Source: an uncultured candidate division Zixibacteria bacterium (GTDB lineage Bacteria > Zixibacteria > MSB-5A5 > UBA10806). From it: DNA of 64,000 nt. The notes under the pieces were generated by a model, which saw nothing but the letters and a program-made list of their open reading frames with translations, was not told the origin of the DNA and ran no database searches. Shown here piece by piece: positions 32,844 through 42,207 of this stretch (position 1 is the stretch's first letter; each line of letters opens with the position of its first letter). The stretch spans positions 1 to 64,000 of the forward strand of contig CAWDFP010000008.1 in the NCBI GenBank assembly GCA_963801605.1. Reading direction: 5' to 3'. A program made the position numbers and the translations under genes.

Positions 32844-33839
32844 CTAAATGTGAAATTCGATTATATCGCCATCGGATAATACAAAATTATTCTTCACGCG
32901 CTGGCCCTCGAATTTCCCTTTACCCCAAACTTTGGCAAATTGAAGTTTGTAGGCGAAATCCTTATGCAAGTTTACGGCAGCTTCCTCGACAGTACCGCCA
33001 ATCGGAAGAATGATTGGATCGATATATTCCACATCATGCCCGATCCGCTTGGTATAGACTCGAATTATATTCATGGATGCAAACACGGCAGCTTTGAAAT
33101 TGTTGAGAGAATCATCGTCAAGAATTGACGTTGGCACGATTACGAAATCTGGAAAGCGTTGTTTGAGGCGGGCAAGACCCGCCCCAGATTCATCATCAAG
33201 AAATTTATTGGCGATAACTATAGTTTTCTTATAGGAAAAATGAGGATTTTCGACTTTTTCCGGCGGATCGGGTGTTAGATTGATTGCCTTTTCTTCAAGT
33301 AGTTTCAGGATAAGATCAAACTCGGATACCGGATCAGGATTGGAAACATCACCAATCATCGCAACCAGATCGGATTGACGGATCAGATTGGGAAGATAGG
33401 TTGGAAACTGTTGATCCGATATAGCTGGTGTATCAATCAATTGAAAATGAACGGTCTCGAATGTCATCATGCCGGTAAGCGGTTCTCTGGTGGTATAAGG
33501 ATATTCGCCGATAAGCGGTTTAGCGTGAGTTACGCTTTCAAGCAGGCTCGATTTACCCGTATTTGGCGGACCGATCATGATGACCTGCGCCGCACCCTCC
33601 TTTTCGATATGGGAATGGAGATCGACCCGGTGGGCACCATGCCCCTTACCACCCTCCTCAGCCTGTTTCTTGAGTTTCGAAATTTTGGCCTTCATCTCCG
33701 CTTGAAGCTTGTCCGTTCCTTTATGCTTGGGCATTAAGGCCAGAAGCTCTTTGGCTAGACGAAGCTTTTCATGAGGGTCAGTTTCTTTGTTGAACTGTCT
33801 CTCAAGTTCATAATAATGGGGCGGTAGATTCGCGGGCAT
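32844..33839 (-). CDS. DRG/Rbg-type OBG-family GTPase with TGS domain
   Basis: MPANLPP, PKHKGTDKL, GPPNTGKSS, YPYTT, DTP, NK, C-terminal TGS (AKVWG...DGDIIEFH). Confidence 0.9.
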   Translation of the reverse strand: MPANLPPHYYELERQFNKETDPHEKLRLAKELLALMPKHKGTDKLQAEMKAKISKLKKQAEEGGKGHGAHRVDLHSHIEKEGAAQVIMIGPPNTGKSSLLESVTHAKPLIGEYPYTTREPLTGMMTFETVHFQLIDTPAISDQQFPTYLPNLIRQSDLVAMIGDVSNPDPVSEFDLILKLLEEKAINLTPDPPEKVENPHFSYKKTIVIANKFLDDESGAGLARLKQRFPDFVIVPTSILDDDSLNNFKAAVFASMNIIRVYTKRIGHDVEYIDPIILPIGGTVEEAAVNLHKDFAYKLQFAKVWGKGKFEGQRVKNNFVLSDGDIIEFHI

Positions 33840-33929
33840 AGATTATCCTCCGAAATATTTTACTCCAAAAAATGAATTATTTCAAGTTTAAAGCAGGCGA
33901 TAGCGCGGGGATCACAGCCCCGAATAGAT

Positions 33930-34074
33930 GCGCGGGTTCCGCCTCCTGACCCCAGGGGTCAGGAGCAGGAAATCCGATTGTGAATATCCGCGGTATCGGT
34001 ATGTCAGAGACCATCTATACTGATGTTGGGAGCTCTCGGATTTCCGCGTCCAATTGGACGAGCGGAACCCGCGC
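33930..34074 (+). repeat. REPIN/MITE-like element, copy 1
   Basis: Terminal IR CGCGGGTTCCGC/GCGGAACCCGCG, internal hairpins, inner IR GAAATCCGA/TCGGATTTC; inverted second copy at 39039-39190. Confidence 0.8.
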
Positions 34075-34231
34075 CTGTTTGTGGATGGTTCTTCGCAAAG
34101 TTATCGAATTAGGTAATTTACAAATCGCTTGCATTTTTATGGTCAGGGCGTATTATTTGTATACGTTCTGAATATAGAGGAAGATGTATAACGTTCGGAG
34201 ATAAACACTTTTGAACGAATGAGGTTATAAG

Positions 34232-36778
34232 ATGAAAAAAGTTGGAATCGCGCTGGGAATAATTATCCTGGTTATCATCGTTGTTCTGCTGGTAATCCCG
34301 ATATTTTTCAAACCGCAAATCGTCAAGATGGTTAAGGAAAAAGCCAATCAAAGCATAAATGCCACGGTTGATTTCAAAGATGTCAGCATAAGTCTGCTGA
34401 GCTCCTTCCCAAATGCCCGGGTTTCGCTTGAAAAAATCTCGGTCGTAAACAAGGCGCCGTTTGAGGGTGACACGTTGGCCAGCCTCGATAAATTTGAGAT
34501 CACGGTCAACCCCTGGAAATATCTTTCGAGCAAACAGCTGGAGATATTATCGCTCAAACTCGATAAGCCCGATCTTTTCCTGGTTACTCTTAAGGATGGC
34601 CGCTCGAATTATATGATAATGTCTCCGACTCCGGCTAATGCTCCTCCCGAGCAGACGCAGGGGGCAGCCATGAATCTGGCGATTAAAAATTACGCTATAA
34701 GCAACGGTCGTATCGTTTACGCCAACGATTCATCGGGAATCTATGCAGCGGTTATTGGCTTAAATCATGAAGGTAAGGGGGATTTCTCCAAATCGGTATT
34801 TACTCTGTCTACCAAGACAAAAATCGACAGCCTTTCGGTTCAGATGGGCGGCGTATCTTATCTTAATAAGGCCGAATTGAATATTAAGGCCGATCTCGAT
34901 ATGGATTTGAATGCAAAGAAATACGCGTTCAAACAAAACGAGGTCAGGCTCAATCAATTGGCGCTGGCATTCGATGGTTGGGTGCAGATGGCTGGTGAGG
35001 CGATTAATATGGATTTGACTTTCAAGACGCCCAGCACCGAATTCAAGAGCTTACTTTCGATGATACCATCGGTTTATCGTAAGAATTTCAACGACCTGCA
35101 GGCCCAGGGACAATTTTCACTTGAGGGCAAAGCGCAGGGTACCTATAGTAAAAAGCAGATGCCGCTTATTGATGCCAGGTTATTGGTCGATAACGGCATG
35201 TTTGAGTATGCCCAGCTTAAGACACCGGTCAAAAATGTTTCGCTCGATCTGCAAATCCAAAATCCGGGTAGAACAATGGATGATACTGAAATCGATTTGC
35301 GTAAATTTCATCTGGAGATACTGAATGAGCCGGTCGATGCCCAACTTCTTGTAAAGACGCCGATCTCCAATCCCTACGTCGATGGATTCCTCAAGGGAAA
35401 TATTAATTTAGCCGATGTGCGAAAATTGGTACCCATGAGCGACAGCGTTCAACTCGAAGGTATGGTGAGATCAGATGTTAAATTCCGAGGAAACGTCGGC
35501 TCTCTTCAGCAAAAGCAATTAGGGAATTTTACAGCATCAGGAGCAGTTGCATTTGCGAATATTAAGTACGCGGCTCCGACCATTCCGGAAGCGGTTCAAG
35601 TATCAAGCGCCAATATTACATTCACTCCCGCTCAAGCCAAGTTGGAAAATTTCAATATGAAAATGGGTAAAAGCGATATTAAGGCCAATGGCGGTCTCGA
35701 CAACGTTATAGGATATGTTCTCGCCGGGCAAACTCTGAGCGGAAATTTGGCAATCAGCTCCAATTATCTCGACCTCACACCGATGATGAAACAGCCGGGC
35801 GGCGCGTTGGCGGCTGTTGAGCTTCCCGATAGGATTGATTTTCAAATGTCCGGCATTTTTGGCGAAATTGTTTTGGATAACATGGATATGACCAATGTCA
35901 AGGGCACCCTGCTCTTGAAAAATAGGACTCTGACACTTTCGAATTTATCCGCCAATTTTCTGGGCGGCACCATGATCAGCAACGGCACCTACGCTTATAT
36001 CAAACCATCCAAACCGCACATCAATTTCGATCTCAAGATGTCACAATTAAATATACCCGACATGTACAAAACATTCGTTACGGTTCAAACCTTTGCGCCG
36101 ATGGCGGGATACATGAAAGGGCAGGTAAACGGCAATATCAATTTAAACTCCGATCTCGGGGATTCATTGATGCCGCTTTGGCAAACAATTATCGGTCAGG
36201 GGGCATTGCAGATTCCTCAGGCTCAGATCGAAAATTTCGAACCGCTTAACAAAATCGCCGATGTTTTAAAAATGAGTCAATTCAGCAATCCGACACTGAA
36301 AAATCTGGCTCCAAGTTTCAATATTCAGGATGGATTTTTCCATCTCAAACCAATTAATTTTAGTATCGGCGATATACCGGTGATAGCATCAGGCTCAAAC
36401 GGTTTGGATAAGACACTTGATTACCAGTTGAAGCTTCAACTACCGGCCTCGATGATGAAAAATACGATCAATTCCGCGCTCTCGGGATTACTTGGCAACA
36501 GCGCCAATCTTGTAGGAAATGAAACTGTCGAGGTTAATGTTGGTGTAGCCGGTCCGATTAACAGCCCCAAGATTAATACATCACTGGGGCAGATAGCCAA
36601 GGGCGCCGTTCAACAGCTTCAGCAACAAGCCAAGCAGGAGCTCGAAAATCAGGCCCAGCAAAAGCTCAATCAGCAAAAGGCAGCAGTGGAGGATTCCTTA
36701 AGCAAGGCCGTTGAGAATCAAAAACAGAAACAAACTGAGGATATCAAAAACAAAATTAAGGGCCTGTTCGGGAAATAA
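34232..36778 (+). CDS. AsmA-like lipid-transport bridge protein
   Basis: N-terminal TM anchor, beta-rich body (SLLSSFP, FKSLLSMIP), glutamine/lysine-rich C-terminus ending KGLFGK. Confidence 0.85.
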   Translation: MKKVGIALGIIILVIIVVLLVIPIFFKPQIVKMVKEKANQSINATVDFKDVSISLLSSFPNARVSLEKISVVNKAPFEGDTLASLDKFEITVNPWKYLSSKQLEILSLKLDKPDLFLVTLKDGRSNYMIMSPTPANAPPEQTQGAAMNLAIKNYAISNGRIVYANDSSGIYAAVIGLNHEGKGDFSKSVFTLSTKTKIDSLSVQMGGVSYLNKAELNIKADLDMDLNAKKYAFKQNEVRLNQLALAFDGWVQMAGEAINMDLTFKTPSTEFKSLLSMIPSVYRKNFNDLQAQGQFSLEGKAQGTYSKKQMPLIDARLLVDNGMFEYAQLKTPVKNVSLDLQIQNPGRTMDDTEIDLRKFHLEILNEPVDAQLLVKTPISNPYVDGFLKGNINLADVRKLVPMSDSVQLEGMVRSDVKFRGNVGSLQQKQLGNFTASGAVAFANIKYAAPTIPEAVQVSSANITFTPAQAKLENFNMKMGKSDIKANGGLDNVIGYVLAGQTLSGNLAISSNYLDLTPMMKQPGGALAAVELPDRIDFQMSGIFGEIVLDNMDMTNVKGTLLLKNRTLTLSNLSANFLGGTMISNGTYAYIKPSKPHINFDLKMSQLNIPDMYKTFVTVQTFAPMAGYMKGQVNGNINLNSDLGDSLMPLWQTIIGQGALQIPQAQIENFEPLNKIADVLKMSQFSNPTLKNLAPSFNIQDGFFHLKPINFSIGDIPVIASGSNGLDKTLDYQLKLQLPASMMKNTINSALSGLLGNSANLVGNETVEVNVGVAGPINSPKINTSLGQIAKGAVQQLQQQAKQELENQAQQKLNQQKAAVEDSLSKAVENQKQKQTEDIKNKIKGLFGK

Positions 36779-36801
36779 GAATTTTAGCATTTTCTGTTAA
36801 A

Positions 36802-36852
36802 ATCACAAAACGCCGGGATTATAATTAAATCCCGGCGCTTAATTTTTGTGAT
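36802..36852. terminator. Bidirectional terminator between asmA and aconitase
   Basis: CGCCGGGATT-ATAATTA-AATCCCGGCG between convergent genes. Confidence 0.7.
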
Positions 36853-36882
36853 TTATCTAATCAGAAGGTAATTCGATTATGC

Positions 36883-38854
36883 TTAAACAGCCGCTTTATT
36901 TCCTTCCTTTTGATGTTTTTTACGGAAGATATTTATCAACCCCCCTGCCAGGATCATCTCGATTTGCCGCGCAGTCATAGAATGATGTACTTTATAAATT
37001 TCATTCCTGGTTTTATTAAATATCTCGAAAGCCGCCGTTATTTTTGATTTTCTCGATAATATTCTCAATCACCAGGTAATCGTTTTGATTGATTCTGTTA
37101 TAATCATCGGTATTATCAAATTCGAGAGGCAGTACTCCGAAATTGGTCAGGTTCTGCCAATGAATTCGGGCGAATCCCTTTGCCAGAACTGCCCGAAGCC
37201 CCAGAAATCTCGGCACCAGGGCAGCATGTTCGCGACTTGACCCCTGGCCATAATTCAGTCCTGCCACCACAAAAGAGCCGATACTTTTACATTCCAAGGC
37301 CCGAGTGTAGAAAGTCTCATCGACCTGCGAAAATGCAAACTTGCTGAGCTCCTGAATATTACTTCTAAATGGCAAAACCTTCGTTCCCGCGGGAAGAATC
37401 TCATCGGTGGAAATGTTATCGCCCAGTTTGAGTAAAATCGGACCCTCGATTGTACCAGCAAGGGGATCGAGAATTGGAAGCGACTTTACATTTGGCCCTT
37501 TTTCCAACTTTATATCAATACCGCGCTCCGGCGGGGCAATCAGCATTTGCTTATTAATTATCGGATTTTCAGGTTCTACAAAATGAGGACAGGCCATATC
37601 GAGCGTTCGGGGATCGGTGATAACGCCTTTTAAGGCCGATGCCGCCGCGGTTTCGGGGCTGCAGAGATATACTAAATCGTCTTTCGTACCGGATCGTCCC
37701 GGGAAATTTCTGGGCACGGTGCGCAGGCTGATTTTGTGAGTGGCGGGCGCCTGCCCCATGCCGATACAACCGTTACAACCAGCCTGATGAATCCGTCCTC
37801 CGGAATGAATTAACATCCCAAGATACCCCTGCGCCGCCAAATTTTCCAGAATCTGCCTGGATGCGGGATTAATATCGAAAGATACATGATCGTTAATCTG
37901 TCTGCCCTTAACTATCATGGCCGGTACCGCAAAATCGCGTAAACCCGGATTGGCCGATGAGCCAATCACCGCCTGATAAATTTCCCGACCAGCAACTTCT
38001 CTAACCGGTACGACATTGCCCGGACTGCTTGGCAACGCGACCAAAGGCTCAAGAGTCGAAAGATCAATTTCCTCATATTCGTCATAGGTAGCATCGAAAT
38101 CGGGCATTAATTCAACCCAGGCATCTTCTCGCCCCTGCGCCCGCAAAAATCGCCTGATTTCGCTATCCGATGGAAATACCGATGTCGTCGCACCAAGCTC
38201 CGCCCCCATATTGGCGATCACGTGTCGATCCATAGCAGATAAAGTGTCCAAACCCGGTCCGTAATATTCGATTATTCGTCCCACTCCCCCGCTTACGCCG
38301 TGCCGACGAAGCATTTCTAAGATCACGTCCTTGGCGCTAACCCAATCAGGAAGTTTGCCTGTTAGCCTCACCCCCCAAACCTTCGGCATCTTTACATAAA
38401 ACGGTTCACCTGCGATCGCCAGTCCCACCTCAAGGCCACCGGCTCCGATAGCGAGCATCCCCAGAGATCCCGCCGAACAGGTATGGCTGTCCGAACCGAG
38501 TAGAGTTTTCCCGGGAACTCCAAATCGTTCCATGTGTACCGGATGGCTGACCCCGTTTCCCGGACGGCTAAACCAGATTCCAAATTTCATACAGGCGCTT
38601 TTCAGGAAAATGTGATCATCGGCGTTTTTAAAATCAGTTTGAAGCAGGTTATGATCCACATATTGCGCCGAAAGCTCAGTCCGCGCGCGCTCCAATCCCA
38701 TAGCCTCAAGTTCCAGCATGACCAGAGTTCCGGTAGCATCCTGAGCTAAGGTCTGGTCTATTTTCAGCCCGATCTCCTCCCCTGCTTTCATCCGTCCGGC
38801 GACAAGATGGCTTTCAATCAATTTTTGCGCGACATTCTTCCCCACGAATCCCAT
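36883..38854 (-). CDS. Aconitate hydratase, compact single-chain type (frameshift ~37035)
   Basis: QDATGT, YVDHN, GSDSHT, GCNGCIGMG, RNFPGRSG, ISTDEI, YGQGSSREHAA. Confidence 0.9.
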
Positions 38855-39038
38855 CCTTTCTAATTACAACAACCGGCAACCCGGTCGAAACAGCTTCTCT
38901 TATCCATATATAACATGGATAAGAACACCGCTGGAAAAATGGTGGTTCCTGGTGATAATCCCAAAAATTTGAACGACGCGTTTGGGAAGTTAGGAAGCCA
39001 ATATTAAATCAAATGATATCTTCGGAGAAAAACAATAG

Positions 39039-39190
39039 CCGCGGGTTCCGCCCGTCCAATTGGACGCAGAAATCCGATTGCTGTATAGGAGATGCATTAT
39101 AATATCGGAATTCTACAATCGTGATAAATTGAGTTGGCGCCATTCGGATTTCTTTCTCCTGACCCTTTGGTCAGGAGGCGGAACCCGCGG
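39039..39190 (-). repeat. REPIN/MITE-like element, copy 2 (inverted)
   Basis: Same arms as 33930-34074 with an unrelated central spacer. Confidence 0.8.
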
Positions 39191-39198
39191 AGGCATTG

Positions 39199-41883
39199 CT
39201 ATCCAATCGTCTTTGAGACTTCAACGGTGGAATCGGAGGAATATGTAATCTCAAAACCCAGTTTTTGAAAAACCGAGATCATGGGGCCGTTATTTGTCGT
39301 AGTGACTGCTGTTACCATTCGAAGCTTCCATTTACCTGCGATTTCCAGACAGTATTCAGTTAGGATTTTGCCTAGGTCCTTTTGCTGCCAGGCATCGGCG
39401 ATAAGCACCGCATACTCAACGCTTTCATGGTCGAGATCGGCAATCAGCCGGCCTACACCGATCAATTTCCTCGCTCCATTCTCCTCGATCTCGGCTACGA
39501 TAGCGATTTCTCTATCGTAATCAATATAGCAGTAACGGGCCGCAACCTCATGCGAGGCCCATTGGAAAAAGTAGCGGAATCTCAGATAAATCGATTCTTT
39601 GGAGCAGCTTGCCAGAAGATTCATCCATAACGGCTCATCCTCGGGCTTTATCGGGCGAAGTATTACTTTGGTGCCATCCCTGAGCGATACAGTCTTAACA
39701 TATTTTTCGGGATATGGCCTGAGCGCCAGATGTGAATAAGGTTCAAGGGCCTTTCCAATTAAAGTATTATCCATCACGATACGAGCATCAAGCGCCACTA
39801 CCCCTTTGGGGCTGACAAGCAACGGATTAATATCGAGTTCGCTTATTTCCGGATAATCCGCAGCCAGATAAGATAGCCTGATAAGGGTCTCGATCAGCTT
39901 ATCGGTATCGGCCGGTGGCCTGCCACGGTAACCTTTCAGAAGCGGCCAGATTTTTAGCGATTCCAACATTCTGCGGGCTAATCTTTCATTGAGAGGTGGA
40001 AATCCAAGCGCTTTGTCCGCAAAAAGCTCGGCAGCTACTCCACCCATACCCGCCATTATAATTGTCCCAAATATTGGGTCCTTTTTTATGCCGATGATAA
40101 GCTCGGTCGAATCTCCCTTGGTCACCATTCGCTGAACAGTAACACCCTCGATCCTGGCCTCGGGCTTTTTCTGACTGACGCTTGATATTATTCTTTCGAA
40201 ACTTTCGCGCACCATGGCCTCATTATCAACGCTTAGAGCCACGCCGCCAACATCCGTTTTATGAGTAATATCCGGCGAATGAATTTTAAGAGCCACTGGA
40301 TAACCAATCTGATTGGCGATATACACGGCTTCATCGGCTGTTTTCGCACGATGCGGACGGGTTACCGGAATGCCGTAGGTTTCGATAAGAGACTTGGAGA
40401 TATCCTCGGATAAGGTGCTGTTGCCGCCGAAATTCGAGGCTACGAATTCGGTCCGAAGCTTTTCTCGGTCCACGTTGAAATCAACCCGGATATCCTTGGG
40501 AGTGTCATAAAGCGTCTCAAGGTTTTTCGAATAAGAAACTAATGTCATAAAAGCTCTGATGGCCTGCTCGGGGGTTCTATATGATGGTACACCGGAGTTA
40601 ATTAGTATCTGGTCCCCCTCACGCATAGCCGCTCCCCCCAGCCAGGCGGCGAGTATCGGTTTGGAGGTGCTTTCAGAAAGTCTGGCAACGACCTTGGCTG
40701 CTGCGGTCGGGTTTGTCATGGCTTGGGGAGTAAGAATCACCAGGACAGCATCGATGGCGGTATCCTGCAAAACTATTTGAACCGCTTTTTCGATCCTTTT
40801 GGAGTTGGCGTCACCTAAAACATCGATAGGATTACTATGCGACCAGGCAGGCGGCAAATTTTCATTCAGGGTTTCCATAGTTTTATCAGACAATTTGGCC
40901 AACTCGCCACCTGATGCTATAAGCGAGTCCGTAGCCATAACGCCCGGGCCGCCGGCGTTGGTGACGATCCCCAGCCGTGGGCCTTGAGGAATCTTGCGAC
41001 GGCCGATAAGTTCGACGCAATCGAATATTTCTCCAATATCGAATACCCTGGCCACTCCGATACGCTGAAAGGCAGCGTCATACACAGCATCTTCCGAGGC
41101 CATGGCGCCGGTGTGCGATGCCGCCGCCTTGGCAGATTCAGGAAACCGTCCCGCTTTATACGCAATTATTGGTTTGGTGCGCGCAAAGGCCCTGGCGGCC
41201 GTCATGAATTTGCGGGCTTGCGAAATTGATTCGATATAGAGTATGATCGATTCGGTATTTTCATCTTCTCCGAAATAATCGATCAAATCACCGAATCCGA
41301 CATCGATCGTATTTCCAATAGAGACGAAATGCGAAAACCCGATTTTACCTTCAAGTGCCCAATCGAGCACCGATGTACATAGCGCTCCCGATTGCGAAAT
41401 AAAGGCTACATGCCCGGCTTTCGGCATGCCGGCCGCAAAACTGATATTGAGTTTTTTGCCTGGTGAAATTATCCCCAGGCAGTTTGGACCGATTATTCTC
41501 ATGCCTCGAAAACATGCTGCCTGTTCCCTGATTTTTTCTTCAAGCGCTTTGCCCTCAGCGCCGATTTCTCTAAATCCGGCCGATATAATCATCAAGCCCA
41601 AAATACCGGCCTCGCCGCATTGGCGTACCAAATCGGGAACCTGAACAGCTGGAGCGCAGATCACACCCAAATCGGGCATATTGGGTAATGATTTAATGTC
41701 TGGATAGCAGCTTATTCCCAGAACTGCCTCTCGGTCCGGATTTACAGGGTAAACTACACCATCAAAGCCTCCGCCAACGAGATTGGCAAGCAGTTTCCCC
41801 CCCACGCTGTTGGGGTTGGACGTTACCCCCATCACCGCTATCCGTCTGGGGCTGAAAAACCGATTTAAATTATGTACATCCAT
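39199..41883 (-). CDS. Acetate--CoA ligase-like/GNAT protein lysine acetyltransferase (Pat/PatZ type)
   Basis: GPNCLG, SQSGAL, SHTGA, NAGGPGV, HKTDVGGV, ELDINPL and C-terminal GNAT (IDYDREIAIVA). Confidence 0.92.
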   Translation of the reverse strand: MDVHNLNRFFSPRRIAVMGVTSNPNSVGGKLLANLVGGGFDGVVYPVNPDREAVLGISCYPDIKSLPNMPDLGVICAPAVQVPDLVRQCGEAGILGLMIISAGFREIGAEGKALEEKIREQAACFRGMRIIGPNCLGIISPGKKLNISFAAGMPKAGHVAFISQSGALCTSVLDWALEGKIGFSHFVSIGNTIDVGFGDLIDYFGEDENTESIILYIESISQARKFMTAARAFARTKPIIAYKAGRFPESAKAAASHTGAMASEDAVYDAAFQRIGVARVFDIGEIFDCVELIGRRKIPQGPRLGIVTNAGGPGVMATDSLIASGGELAKLSDKTMETLNENLPPAWSHSNPIDVLGDANSKRIEKAVQIVLQDTAIDAVLVILTPQAMTNPTAAAKVVARLSESTSKPILAAWLGGAAMREGDQILINSGVPSYRTPEQAIRAFMTLVSYSKNLETLYDTPKDIRVDFNVDREKLRTEFVASNFGGNSTLSEDISKSLIETYGIPVTRPHRAKTADEAVYIANQIGYPVALKIHSPDITHKTDVGGVALSVDNEAMVRESFERIISSVSQKKPEARIEGVTVQRMVTKGDSTELIIGIKKDPIFGTIIMAGMGGVAAELFADKALGFPPLNERLARRMLESLKIWPLLKGYRGRPPADTDKLIETLIRLSYLAADYPEISELDINPLLVSPKGVVALDARIVMDNTLIGKALEPYSHLALRPYPEKYVKTVSLRDGTKVILRPIKPEDEPLWMNLLASCSKESIYLRFRYFFQWASHEVAARYCYIDYDREIAIVAEIEENGARKLIGVGRLIADLDHESVEYAVLIADAWQQKDLGKILTEYCLEIAGKWKLRMVTAVTTTNNGPMISVFQKLGFEITYSSDSTVEVSKTIG

Positions 41884-41996
41884 AGTTTTATCCTAAATTA
41901 TTATCCAATCTTGTTCAACCATAACACAAAGGTAACTAATTACGCCTTTTTTATCAAGATCGATAGCCAATGAAATCGATGCTAGGATAACATTCC

Positions 41997-42024
41997 TTGA
42001 CTTGATAAGCCGCTATGTTATATT
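41997..42024 (+). promoter_or_regulatory. Promoter for the PAS-LuxR regulator
   Basis: TTGACT-N16-TATATT with extended -10 TG. Confidence 0.5.
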
Positions 42025-42207
42025 AGCTTTGGATGAAAAAATGGCATTTCCGCTAAGCGGATTAATTATTTAAGCCAGGAATCATCCCCTCGTTAATTGG
42101 AGCTATTAATAATATTGAGTCGGTTAATTTCGGCATTGACATTTCTATGAGTAATTTAATAGTGCTCATAGAACAAAAATCAATGATTTCGTTTAGGGAG
42201 AATCTAT

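Noticed and set aside
33930..39190. CRISPR array or composite transposon from the repeated arms
   Set aside because: Only two inverted copies 5 kb apart; no tandem repeat-spacer series, cas gene or transposase.
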